Of a stretch of 64,000 bases of DNA, positions 55,860-63,858 are shown piece by piece. The notes under the pieces were generated by a model. The model worked only from the letters and a program-made list of their open reading frames with translations. It ran no database searches and had not been told where the DNA came from. Each line of letters starts with the position of its first letter. The first letter of the stretch is position 1. This DNA is from an uncultured virus (IMG/VR IMGVR_UViG_3300042867_001762). Its lineage: Duplodnaviria > Heunggongvirae > Uroviricota > Caudoviricetes. Where the stretch lies: the IMG/VR virus record IMGVR_UViG_3300042867_001762. One strand, 5' to 3'. The translations under genes and the position numbers were made by a program.

Positions 55860-56120
55860 CTACGGCGGCCTGCAATATATAAGCGTTGCATTCGTTGTCG
55901 GTAGCTTGCGTGAATTCGTAAACCCATCGCATTCATGCCAATAATAGATCACGTTATCCTGTCTGATCTCTACGCACTCAGCATGGTGTTCGTGCTCTAG
56001 CACCTCGTAGCAAAGATGCGGGGGCGATTCCAGACAGAAGTGCTGCCTCAGCATAGCTATGGCGCTCCGCCAGTTCTCTTCGTGAAATGCCTCAAGCATT
56101 TGATAATTATCGAGCTTCAT
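55860..56120 (-). CDS. MKL/DW-helix paralog family protein
   Basis: MKLDNYQMLEAFHEENWRSAIAMLRQHFCL...YYWHECDGF. Confidence 0.72.
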   Translation of the reverse strand: MKLDNYQMLEAFHEENWRSAIAMLRQHFCLESPPHLCYEVLEHEHHAECVEIRQDNVIYYWHECDGFTNSRKLPTTNATLIYCRPP

Positions 56121-56252
56121 ATTTTACTTAAGGAACACATAAGCAGAGTATAGCTCGTGAGATCTGGATAATAATGTGGTTTCGCCAGTTTCAAACCAAC
56201 AGGCTTCTTTAAGCCCGGCATGCAGTCTGTCCAGCGACTTTCGCCTAGGGCT

Positions 56253-56558
56253 TCAGCGATTCCAAAGTTGTGGAGTTCCATAGATTATTGGCACGCTGCT
56301 TTTGACTGTTATGTCTGCATAAGGTGAAATTTTCAGCCTTGTTTTATAAAGGAGCATTGCTCCAGAGTGCGGATTCCAGCCATACATGCTATCATGCGCG
56401 CACATGCGAATATCCGGGTCATTGAATATGACGCCTAGTACTCTTATCCTTGTGGCAGACGGCAGCTCTAGGCCAAAGCTGTTGAGCAGCAATTGCAAGG
56501 AATCTTCCCAGCGCGCCTCGTCTATGGCAGACTTGATAGCATAGCTCAGCAGCTTCAA
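56253..56558 (-). CDS. MKL/DW-helix paralog family protein
   Basis: TTG start after GAGG: LKLLSYAIKSAIDEARWEDSLQLLLNSFGL...YGWNPHSG. Confidence 0.68.
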   Translation of the reverse strand: MKLLSYAIKSAIDEARWEDSLQLLLNSFGLELPSATRIRVLGVIFNDPDIRMCAHDSMYGWNPHSGAMLLYKTRLKISPYADITVKSSVPIIYGTPQLWNR

Positions 56559-56574
56559 TGGCAACCTCGGCGCA

Positions 56575-57261
56575 TCATGATCGCGACCCGGCGGTTTTAG
56601 GCCCGACCGCCCCCGTCTGCTCGGCAAGTATTTCCTGCCAGCGAGCAGAGATCAGATCCATGTAGGCTCGCGGCTTCATGTCGCCCCAGCGGTAGTAGCC
56701 AATAGACCAGCCGTCGTTTACCTCTACGAGCAGCGTCTTGCCGCCGCAAATACCTACATCAAGCGCATACCCGCAAGGGGCATCGGCATAATCACGAACC
56801 ATTGCCTGCACCACTGCCGGATCAGGCTCAGCCGGCTCATCTCCGGCGTCATACCTGGAGTGGCCAATAATCCTGCCGTCTAATATGTAGTATCGAAACT
56901 CTGCATCAAATGCTACGGATTCTGCTGCCAAGACGATCTCTTCGTCAGGCACAGTCTCCGTAATGGTAGAGCGGATGCCGCCGGTAAAAAGTTTTGTTCG
57001 CAGTGGTTTGCAAAAGGCATCCGCTGGTACGTCAGCATACCGACAGCGCCATACTAGCCGACCTAGATAATGGTTTAGTGCGGCAGGATAGGTAGGTAGC
57101 TGCGGCAGAACAACATCATTTATCTCTGCGTAGCGCCGGACAAACTCTACTGATCCGACAGGTACTGTTTCGCTCCTGACGGCAACGCGATGCAGGTCTG
57201 CGTACGGAACATGGCTGTACCTGTTGTCAGATGCGGCAATAAGTATTTTTTCTTCACTCAT
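56575..57261 (-). CDS. ATP-grasp protein (R2K clade)
   Basis: VPVGSVEFV, FCKP..KLFTG, EFRYYI, YALDVG, LVEVNDG.S.G.Y. Confidence 0.8.
   Translation of the reverse strand: MSEEKILIAASDNRYSHVPYADLHRVAVRSETVPVGSVEFVRRYAEINDVVLPQLPTYPAALNHYLGRLVWRCRYADVPADAFCKPLRTKLFTGGIRSTITETVPDEEIVLAAESVAFDAEFRYYILDGRIIGHSRYDAGDEPAEPDPAVVQAMVRDYADAPCGYALDVGICGGKTLLVEVNDGWSIGYYRWGDMKPRAYMDLISARWQEILAEQTGAVGPKTAGSRS
56576..56614 (-). promoter_or_regulatory. CCTAAA-N13-GATC element, copy 14 (variant)
   Basis: CATGATC-gcgacccggcggt-TTTAGG; overlaps 3' end of the ATP-grasp ORF. Confidence 0.62.
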
Positions 57262-57661
57262 CACCCCGCCGGCTTGCATCAGGTAGTGCGGACCCATGTT
57301 GCTCCAATATCCAGGCGACTGCCTCGCCCTCGCTGTTAAAATATTCTTCTACCGTATCTGCACGATTAGATACAATCCACCTGCCAGTAGGACTGGTACA
57401 AGAACCGCAGCGACAGCCGGCATCCATTTCGTATTCTGGATCAAGCAGGTACTTATAGCCCATGACTGCTTCTGCCGCAGCAAAAGCTTCTATGTAATCT
57501 GACACAGTCCCGCCTGCTACCTGCCCGCCATCCGCAATGCCGAATACTGCCCAGCTGTAGTCTCGCGCAATCTGTACTGCCACTTTGCCGATATGTTGCG
57601 CGGATGCAAGCACCCATTCGCCGTTGCGTTTTGCCCATTCAGGATTGAATAGCGTGCTCAT
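57254..57661 (-). CDS. hypothetical protein
   Basis: ATG 57661 with AAGGA RBS; CRCGSC. Confidence 0.55.
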   Translation of the reverse strand: MSTLFNPEWAKRNGEWVLASAQHIGKVAVQIARDYSWAVFGIADGGQVAGGTVSDYIEAFAAAEAVMGYKYLLDPEYEMDAGCRCGSCTSPTGRWIVSNRADTVEEYFNSEGEAVAWILEQHGSALPDASRRGDE

Positions 57662-57663
57662 GG

Positions 57664-57951
57664 TTATTCCTTCTTCCAGCCTGCGGGCAATCGGCATATG
57701 CCATGCGAGCCTACCGGAATGTTGGCTGGCCACGGACCCCAGAAGCCACCGCTATCAGCAACCCAGTCATAATAGTAGCCGGCATGATAAAGGCTGATGC
57801 CAAAATCATCGGGTTCATCCGCCTCTATAAAATTGATTTTTAGCGGATAGTCTAGCTCAGGAAGCGAATGAACTTCTGCCAGCAGCCTAAGTGCATCTTG
57901 CCACTCTCCAGCATTCAATAGTTGTCGCATCCGATAGTCGTCTAGCTTCAT
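57664..57951 (-). CDS. MKL/DW-helix paralog family protein
   Basis: MKLDDYRMRQLLNAGEWQDALRLLAEVHSL...YDWVADSGGF. Confidence 0.7.
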   Translation of the reverse strand: MKLDDYRMRQLLNAGEWQDALRLLAEVHSLPELDYPLKINFIEADEPDDFGISLYHAGYYYDWVADSGGFWGPWPANIPVGSHGICRLPAGWKKE

Positions 57952-57989
57952 GCAGACACCGATCCCATTCTCTATCGCTGGAATTTACA

Positions 57990-58244
57990 ATGTCAATGCT
58001 GTGCCTCAAAGCCGTCGGAATTCTTGTTCTAAGTTGTGCCGCCAATGCAGTATGGGCATACACCATTCGGCGTATAGGCGAAGGCGATGCTATAAAGGCT
58101 GCGCTATCAAGCGGCCTATTGGGCCTGGTTAACTCAGGGATTACCCTGGCATATGTAGGCGATAATCGCATGCTGCCGTTCAGTGTAGTTGGCAGCATCA
58201 TAGGAACATACATCCTGCTTAAGATAAGCGAGAAGAAGCGCTAG
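57990..58244 (+). CDS. small membrane protein
   Basis: Three hydrophobic segments in C-terminal part of ORF 57891..58244; start uncertain. Confidence 0.5.
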   Translation: MSMLCLKAVGILVLSCAANAVWAYTIRRIGEGDAIKAALSSGLLGLVNSGITLAYVGDNRMLPFSVVGSIIGTYILLKISEKKR

Positions 58245-58245
58245 C

Positions 58246-58536
58246 CTATAGGCAGCCAGGCGCGAATATCAGTACCATGGGCGTGACATAGTTAACAGGA
58301 TAGTGGTAGAATCCCGTCTTGCCATTCTGCCAAAAGATAACATCATGTCGGTACCGGATCTGTACCTCGAGCAGCTTGCCAGCGTTAGGCGTAGTGCAGA
58401 AGCTTGCACCATCTATTGCGCTCTCACAATTAAATTGTGGGAATTTTTCTGCGAATGCGCCGGCTAGTAAGCGAGCAGCCTCATCCCATGAGTGCTCAGC
58501 AAGTGCCGACCGGATTTGGAAGTCAAGCAGCTTCAT
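58246..58536 (-). CDS. MKL/DW-helix paralog family protein
   Basis: MKLLDFQIRSALAEHSWDEAARLLAGAF...FWQNGKTGF. Confidence 0.7.
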   Translation of the reverse strand: MKLLDFQIRSALAEHSWDEAARLLAGAFAEKFPQFNCESAIDGASFCTTPNAGKLLEVQIRYRHDVIFWQNGKTGFYHYPVNYVTPMVLIFAPGCL

Positions 58537-58834
58537 CAGTTTTTCGCCAGATTCTTATAAGAGGAGTATTGCGGTAGGCGGCGGATGCAAGAAGTCCTGG
58601 TACCCTGACAGAGAAGAAGCCCTCGTACTCATACCAAACATAACGCATTCTTCGTATGCCATTGTCTAGGAAGATATCAATCGCGTAATTAAAGATAGTA
58701 CCAGTGTAGATAGCTGCATTTGCCTTTGCGCTTGCCGGAGCAGTAATTTGAAAAACCTTTTCCGCGGTACTTATGACAGCAGCTATGTCGTTGGCAAGGA
58801 ATGCTTGTCGCATTTCATATGATTCTAGTTTCAT
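58523..58834 (-). CDS. MKL/DW-helix paralog family protein
   Basis: MKLESYEMRQAFLANDIAAVISTAEKVFQI...YVWYEYEGF. Confidence 0.7.
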   Translation of the reverse strand: MKLESYEMRQAFLANDIAAVISTAEKVFQITAPASAKANAAIYTGTIFNYAIDIFLDNGIRRMRYVWYEYEGFFSVRVPGLLASAAYRNTPLIRIWRKTDEAA

Positions 58835-58842
58835 CTGCCCTA

Positions 58843-59154
58843 CTAGGTAAAAGCTCGCTCTGCGATAAGCGGATCACCCCAGCCGTCATCATCAAGAGAG
58901 GCATCTATTATCATTCGGCCAACCTTTGCGATAGATTCTGCCGTAATCTTATCCAGACTGGGTACAAAGTAACTGCCTAGCAGGCCATCTACCCCTATGC
59001 AGATCTCGTCGCCTTTCTGATAGATCGTGAAACCAGGACGCACAATCCACTTGCGCACATTCAAGCTGCTGCTGGCTATTCCGAGATAGGCGTCTTCCTC
59101 TGCTCCTAGTAAGGCGGTGAGGAGCTGCGTCGTCTCCCAGTCTCTAAGCTTCAC
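58843..59154 (-). CDS. hypothetical protein (MKL N-terminus), possibly related to next ORF
   Basis: ICIGVDG...KITAESI resembles FCFGING...KLTAANL in 59144..59455. Confidence 0.55.
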   Translation of the reverse strand: MKLRDWETTQLLTALLGAEEDAYLGIASSSLNVRKWIVRPGFTIYQKGDEICIGVDGLLGSYFVPSLDKITAESIAKVGRMIIDASLDDDGWGDPLIAERAFT

Positions 59155-59455
59155 GGGTCGGGTCCACTACGCAGCCAAACTTACTGGCCAGCTCATCCGC
59201 CACCGTCCAACTAAAGCCGGTGCTCCAGGCAATACTCCGGAGATTTGCAGCCGTTAGCTTGCTATAATCGGCACGAAAAGCAAAGCCGCGATTACCATTT
59301 ATGCCGAAGCAGAACAGGCCATCAGGCCGCAGGATTAGCTCTATGCCACAATCATTGCGGGATGGCCGCCACGCAGTCCACGCAGTACATTCAAACGCAG
59401 GACGCCCGAACTGCTCTAGCGCATGACTGCGTGCTTCGAAGTGATCTAATTTCAT
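59144..59455 (-). CDS. hypothetical protein (MKL N-terminus)
   Basis: Start moved to ATG 59455. Confidence 0.55.
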   Translation of the reverse strand: MKLDHFEARSHALEQFGRPAFECTAWTAWRPSRNDCGIELILRPDGLFCFGINGNRGFAFRADYSKLTAANLRSIAWSTGFSWTVADELASKFGCVVDPTREA

Positions 59456-59481
59456 TGCCGTTCCACTAAGCAATCCAGATA

Positions 59482-59520
59482 ACCAGTAGAGAAGAAGTAG
59501 ATAGCCTCTTCTCTACTGGT
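59482..59520 (-). terminator. 14-bp hairpin after the M16 peptidase gene
   Basis: ACCAGTAGAGAAGA-N11-TCTTCTCTACTGGT; poor U tract. Confidence 0.55.
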
Positions 59521-59526
59521 CGCTCA

Positions 59527-60642
59527 TCAGCTCATCTGACGGACATCTCGGTCATCTACCTGCTCCCATGCGACGTTGCGCGGATTCAGGTTCCGGTTGA
59601 AGTAATCAAGCGTAGACTCATAAGTAATCCTGTCAATGTTCTTCAGGAATGACACCCGCTCGTTTGCCGAATTCAGATGCTTGCGGTATGCATGAGCAGC
59701 AAGGTTCTGCTCGGCAATCTTATTAGCGATGCGGCGATTCTGCATCATCATGTCAAATCGATCACGGGTAAGATGGCGCTCGGGATTCGAGAGAACGTCC
59801 AGTGTCAATTCCTTGATGCGAGCCACATTTGTATCTTTCGTAGACGTAGATACGACCATAATATGATCGTCGTTCATCTTATAGCCACCCGCAGATACCC
59901 AATAACAGAGCGAAGCCTTCTCGCGCAGCTCCTGATAAAGCGGGCTCTTAAGGCCGTATCCCAGAACAGACTGAACGATATGCAGGTGATATACCCCGTC
60001 CAACGGCAGTAGCGGCGAAGCGCTCAGAACATTAATGCTGCTAGGCACAACTGGTGCTTCGTGATTAACGTGCTTATAACCGGTATACGACGAGGCGCTA
60101 GTGTCCGCAAAATCGGTCTGTACATCTACGTCATTCTGGTCTACAACGATAACCTTTGATGGCCGCGAGAAAGCCCGTGCATGCAGATCACAAATCTGCT
60201 CGAACGTTACGCTCTCGATTGCAGAGCGAACGCCAATCGGACCTACATAACCAAAGCGAACGCTTGAATAATTAGCAAAGCTGGAGAAGCCACTCTCGCT
60301 ATAGGCATCGTCATACTCCTGCAAGACGATATTCTTTTCCTTGTTGAAGTGCTCCAGCGTAGGACGGTAGCTCAGGATGCGCTCGAAGAAAAGCTCACGG
60401 AACTTGGCCAGCTCGCTGCTCAGGCCGGACAGATAGAATACTACTTCATCACCACCGGTATAAGCATTATACGTCAAGCAGTGCTGATCAAGCCGCTCCT
60501 CTACATCGTCCAGCGAGCAGCAGATCATGTGCTCAAGCAGGTGCGACATACCTTTCAGATGTGGGTCTTCGTTCTTGACAGGCGACTCGTAGACGATATA
60601 AATAGAACCGAGATCGTTATTGGACTTCTCAAAAATCTTCAT
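59527..60642 (-). CDS. M16 (pitrilysin/insulinase) family zinc peptidase
   Basis: GMSHLLEHM (HxxEH), NAYT, EK.IV.QE, SPLYQELREK..LCY. Confidence 0.9.
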   Translation of the reverse strand: MKIFEKSNNDLGSIYIVYESPVKNEDPHLKGMSHLLEHMICCSLDDVEERLDQHCLTYNAYTGGDEVVFYLSGLSSELAKFRELFFERILSYRPTLEHFNKEKNIVLQEYDDAYSESGFSSFANYSSVRFGYVGPIGVRSAIESVTFEQICDLHARAFSRPSKVIVVDQNDVDVQTDFADTSASSYTGYKHVNHEAPVVPSSINVLSASPLLPLDGVYHLHIVQSVLGYGLKSPLYQELREKASLCYWVSAGGYKMNDDHIMVVSTSTKDTNVARIKELTLDVLSNPERHLTRDRFDMMMQNRRIANKIAEQNLAAHAYRKHLNSANERVSFLKNIDRITYESTLDYFNRNLNPRNVAWEQVDDRDVRQMS

Positions 60643-60992
60643 TTTGTTCCTGGGTAAAATAGAGTGATGCAGCAGCCACAAGAGTGAGGCATGGTGCGTC
60701 CAGAGAAGCTCTCGCTGAAAATCTTTTTAGTAGCGCAGGGCACATTCTCTTTAAAGGTTATCCTTACTGACGTAGGCGGGCTAGCCTCCCGGTAGCTTAC
60801 AAATGGCTCCTCGGCATCTTCTGCCGAATACTTGGCAACCATCAGGTAGCCGCAATTCCAGTTGACTACTTCTATCTCGTCAGTAGCAATGTCTTCGGTC
60901 GCTTCCCTCCATAATGGCGGCATCGGTAGCGGCAAATGTTCAGCCCAGTCAGCTGGCGGATATACTTTAAAAACCTGATCTAATAGCTTCAT
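60639..60992 (-). CDS. hypothetical protein (MKL N-terminus)
   Basis: AGGAG RBS, coupled to M16 gene. Confidence 0.55.
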   Translation of the reverse strand: MKLLDQVFKVYPPADWAEHLPLPMPPLWREATEDIATDEIEVVNWNCGYLMVAKYSAEDAEEPFVSYREASPPTSVRITFKENVPCATKKIFSESFSGRTMPHSCGCCITLFYPGTK

Positions 60993-61006
60993 CCGGGCTC
61001 CTAATA

Positions 61007-61041
61007 TAAAAAAGGGGAGGGCGGAGCAACCCGCCCTCCCC
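61007..61041 (-). terminator. intrinsic terminator
   Basis: Minus strand GGGGAGGGCGG-gttgct-CCGCCCTCCCC-TTTTTT. Confidence 0.88.
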
Positions 61042-61048
61042 GCGAGGA

Positions 61049-61306
61049 TCAGCTGACTGCGTGCGTAATCACATTAAAGTCGTGATCACAGAGCACATCA
61101 GTAAGCCGATCAAAGTCAATCACCTTCTCAGGCGGCACGAGGCCGCGCAGCGTATTGACTTCAGTAAATACCCGAACGGGCTGGCCGTTATAAACAAGCG
61201 CCTCTCCGCTGCCCATTTGGGCATGGTAGGTTGGCGCTGTTGTCAGTTCACCACGAGCGAGCATTTCACGAATGATACCATAGAGAGTCATATTCAATCC
61301 TTCCAC
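61049..61306 (-). CDS. small hypothetical protein
   Basis: ORF track; start probably ATG 61291. Confidence 0.55.
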   Translation of the reverse strand: MEGLNMTLYGIIREMLARGELTTAPTYHAQMGSGEALVYNGQPVRVFTEVNTLRGLVPPEKVIDFDRLTDVLCDHDFNVITHAVS

Positions 61307-62460
61307 TTCACATTGACAACATCACCAAAGGGCGCCTTGAAGCCATCGTTGTTTACGACAACCCAGAGCGTAGTAATCGGACAGGTCGGTTCGCGGTACA
61401 GGTAGCCGTCAGTAAAGCATACCACGCCACGATAACCATCTGCGATAGCAAGATCAAAGCCGGGCTGCATGTCCGTGCCGCCACGACCAGGGAAGGCAAG
61501 CTGCGCCGAGGGGCGAAACTTCTTAATCTTCCCGTGAACATCTGCATCGCAGAAGACGACATCAATTTGCATGATGCGCGTCATCAGGTTAAGCTGACCG
61601 CCGATGTGAGCGAGATATGAATCGCTCATCGAGCCAGAGGTATCGACAATAGCAAGAATCTTATTCTTGACAGTTGTCTTCTCGCCCTGGAACGGGAACC
61701 CGTACCGCTTGCTGAAGCGCTTCCAAGTGAGGCGGCGCTTAGGGTCTGCGATACGAGCCATCCACATGCGGGCCTTGGCTCGCCAGTCGATATCATGCGA
61801 TTCAACCGAAAGAATTTCTTCAATCATTGAATCGGCCATGCTACCGGCCTTAAGCGTGCGGCCACGGTCAGCGTTACGACCCATCAGGTAGCGGCGAGCC
61901 ATTTCCTTCACAACTCGCGTGCCTGTGGTGTCATCTTCCTCCGACCAACCGGAGTGATCGTCCATGCCATCGCCGAACTGATCGGCGACCTCCTGCTCGG
62001 TGAACTTCTGCTTCATCAGAGCATAATACTCTTCCGCAGAAAGACCGGCAGGGAAGTTGAAGCGCGGATCGGTATGGGAGATACAACCCTCGGGCAGATC
62101 CCAGTTGCCATGCTGGGGATCTGTGATGAGCTGATTGATTGCCATGTCCTTGGCAATGTTCTCCGTCCTGCGGCGATCAGGCTCCATGGTAAGACGAGTA
62201 GTGCAGTGGCTCAGTGCCACGTGCAGATACTCGTGCACGATAACGCCAATCTTTTCACGGACCGAGAATGAGTTCATCATCTTCGGGTTCATGAGCAGCG
62301 TTGGCTTGCCGTGCTTGACAAAGACGCCGGCAGCAAACTTCATTTCTTCGTCTTCGATAATTGAAGACTGGTGAAAGAAGTAAGCGATGAACGGCTCTTG
62401 GTCAGTCATCTCTACAATTTCGCCGGTAGAGAGTGACTTGAGATTAAGTAGCGAGGTCAT
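61294..62460 (-). CDS. DUF2201-type metallopeptidase-like plus vWA domain protein (second MoxR partner)
   Basis: HEYLH, NIAKDMAIN, DDHSGW, DTSGSM, GRGGTD, FTDGY. Confidence 0.88.
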   Translation of the reverse strand: MTSLLNLKSLSTGEIVEMTDQEPFIAYFFHQSSIIEDEEMKFAAGVFVKHGKPTLLMNPKMMNSFSVREKIGVIVHEYLHVALSHCTTRLTMEPDRRRTENIAKDMAINQLITDPQHGNWDLPEGCISHTDPRFNFPAGLSAEEYYALMKQKFTEQEVADQFGDGMDDHSGWSEEDDTTGTRVVKEMARRYLMGRNADRGRTLKAGSMADSMIEEILSVESHDIDWRAKARMWMARIADPKRRLTWKRFSKRYGFPFQGEKTTVKNKILAIVDTSGSMSDSYLAHIGGQLNLMTRIMQIDVVFCDADVHGKIKKFRPSAQLAFPGRGGTDMQPGFDLAIADGYRGVVCFTDGYLYREPTCPITTLWVVVNNDGFKAPFGDVVNVKWKD

Positions 62461-62489
62461 AATCTTCCTTGGTTAAGGGTTTAGTAAAT

Positions 62490-62519
62490 CTGAATACCGG
62501 CGACCTGACCGGTATTCAG
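62490..62519 (-). other. intergenic 11-bp hairpin between AAA and vWA genes
   Basis: CTGAATACCGG-cgacctga-CCGGTATTCAG. Confidence 0.55.
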
Positions 62520-62541
62520 TATATGCCTGGTACCAATTAGA

Positions 62542-63705
62542 TCAGACGCTCTTCTTCTTGCGACCCTTCTTGGCCGCATCGCTAGCGTCAGCCGTAGTCG
62601 CGTCGGCCGTAGCAGCGGTCGCATCAGCGGCAGCAGCCTCTGGCTTGGCGTAGATCTTAGCCTTCGCATCAAGCAGGGCACGGACGGCAGCCTTCAGGTC
62701 GGCGCTCTTGTTGATGATATCACCGTGGCGATCATCAAGCGCCTCGAAGAAGGCCGAGAATGGCTCGTGACCCATGCGGCTGTAGAACAGGGCAGCATTG
62801 ATACGCTGCTCGTCCTTGATGTCATCGCGGTTCATCACCTCCATGACATCGCGCAGAGCCTGGATAACCTGCGTCAGCTGGAAGCCCTTGGGGCTCTTCA
62901 GCTTGCCGTTGAAGATATCCATGATATCCAGCGGCTTGAAGTTATCACGAACCCAGCTAGAGAACGTGTTGGCTGCAACCTCGCCGATGAATGGCGCGGA
63001 GTAAACCATCAGACGGTTATCACGACCAGCAACCTCTGGCAGCGACTCGCGGGTATCCTCGCGATTCATGAGGGTACGACCGAGGAACGTCCAGCTACGA
63101 CGGCTCGTAACAGGCTCGTTCGGCACGCCGCGCTTACCCTCTGGAATATCCAGAAGATTCTTGTGTTGCGTGATGAACTGAACAACGGCAGAGTGAACGC
63201 CGTTGGCAGGATCGCTGGCCCAGCTGACCCACTCCGAAGCGGTCGGAGTAAAGTCGACAATCGCAAAACGATTGCAGAGCGCCTGGTCAAGCGTGGCAGT
63301 CTGGTACTTCAGACCGTTACCGGCAGCGAACACGATGGTGCTGTCGGGAAGGTTGCGACCACCGGCACGACGGTCGAGAGTCAGCTGCATGGCGAGAGGC
63401 TGCATGTCCTCGCGAGCACGGTCGATCTCGTCGAGGAAGAGAACAGCGTTCTCGAGATCGTACCACCACGTCGGGGCAGCGTAGCGGGTAACAGCAGTGC
63501 CGTCCGCCAGCTTATCGACGAAAGGCATACCGACAAGATCGGCGGGCTCAAGCTCCGAGAGACGGAGGTCGACAACCCGCATGCCGCGCTTCTGAGCGAT
63601 CATTCGCACAATACTCGACTTGCCGAGACCAGCGTCGCCAGTAAGCAGGCGGGCCTGGGTGTTCGGGAGAAGTGCGTCGAAATCAACAAGCTGCGAGATA
63701 TCCAT
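62542..63705 (-). CDS. MoxR-type AAA+ ATPase (second copy)
   Basis: GDAGLGKS, DLVGMP, LFLDEIDRA, AGN, LDQALCNRF, SRRSW; Ala/Lys-rich tail. Confidence 0.9.
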   Translation of the reverse strand: MDISQLVDFDALLPNTQARLLTGDAGLGKSSIVRMIAQKRGMRVVDLRLSELEPADLVGMPFVDKLADGTAVTRYAAPTWWYDLENAVLFLDEIDRAREDMQPLAMQLTLDRRAGGRNLPDSTIVFAAGNGLKYQTATLDQALCNRFAIVDFTPTASEWVSWASDPANGVHSAVVQFITQHKNLLDIPEGKRGVPNEPVTSRRSWTFLGRTLMNREDTRESLPEVAGRDNRLMVYSAPFIGEVAANTFSSWVRDNFKPLDIMDIFNGKLKSPKGFQLTQVIQALRDVMEVMNRDDIKDEQRINAALFYSRMGHEPFSAFFEALDDRHGDIINKSADLKAAVRALLDAKAKIYAKPEAAAADATAATADATTADASDAAKKGRKKKSV

Positions 63706-63741
63706 CTGACTATCCTTGGTTAGTGTTACTCTGCGTCATAG

Positions 63742-63836
63742 ACGGTCGGGTTAAGAGACTTGCACTTCCGACCCGGTGCAAGCCGTAGAGGAGAACGCTG
63801 GGTACGACCCAGTATAGCAGCCTCGCTGCGTTCTCC
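63742..63836 (-). ncRNA. candidate structured RNA leader (three-way junction plus H-type pseudoknot)
   Basis: Five complementary pairings visible in ~95 nt between element copy 15 and the AAA gene RBS. Confidence 0.5.
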
Positions 63837-63858
63837 GTGGTGGCCGCCGGTCGCCGCT

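Noticed and set aside
54305..58834. Diversity-generating retroelement behind the paralog family
   Set aside because: No reverse transcriptase and no near-identical template/variable repeat pair visible in this window.
62725..63723. 332-aa plus-strand ORF
   Set aside because: Antisense shadow of the codon-biased AAA ATPase gene; no recognisable motifs.
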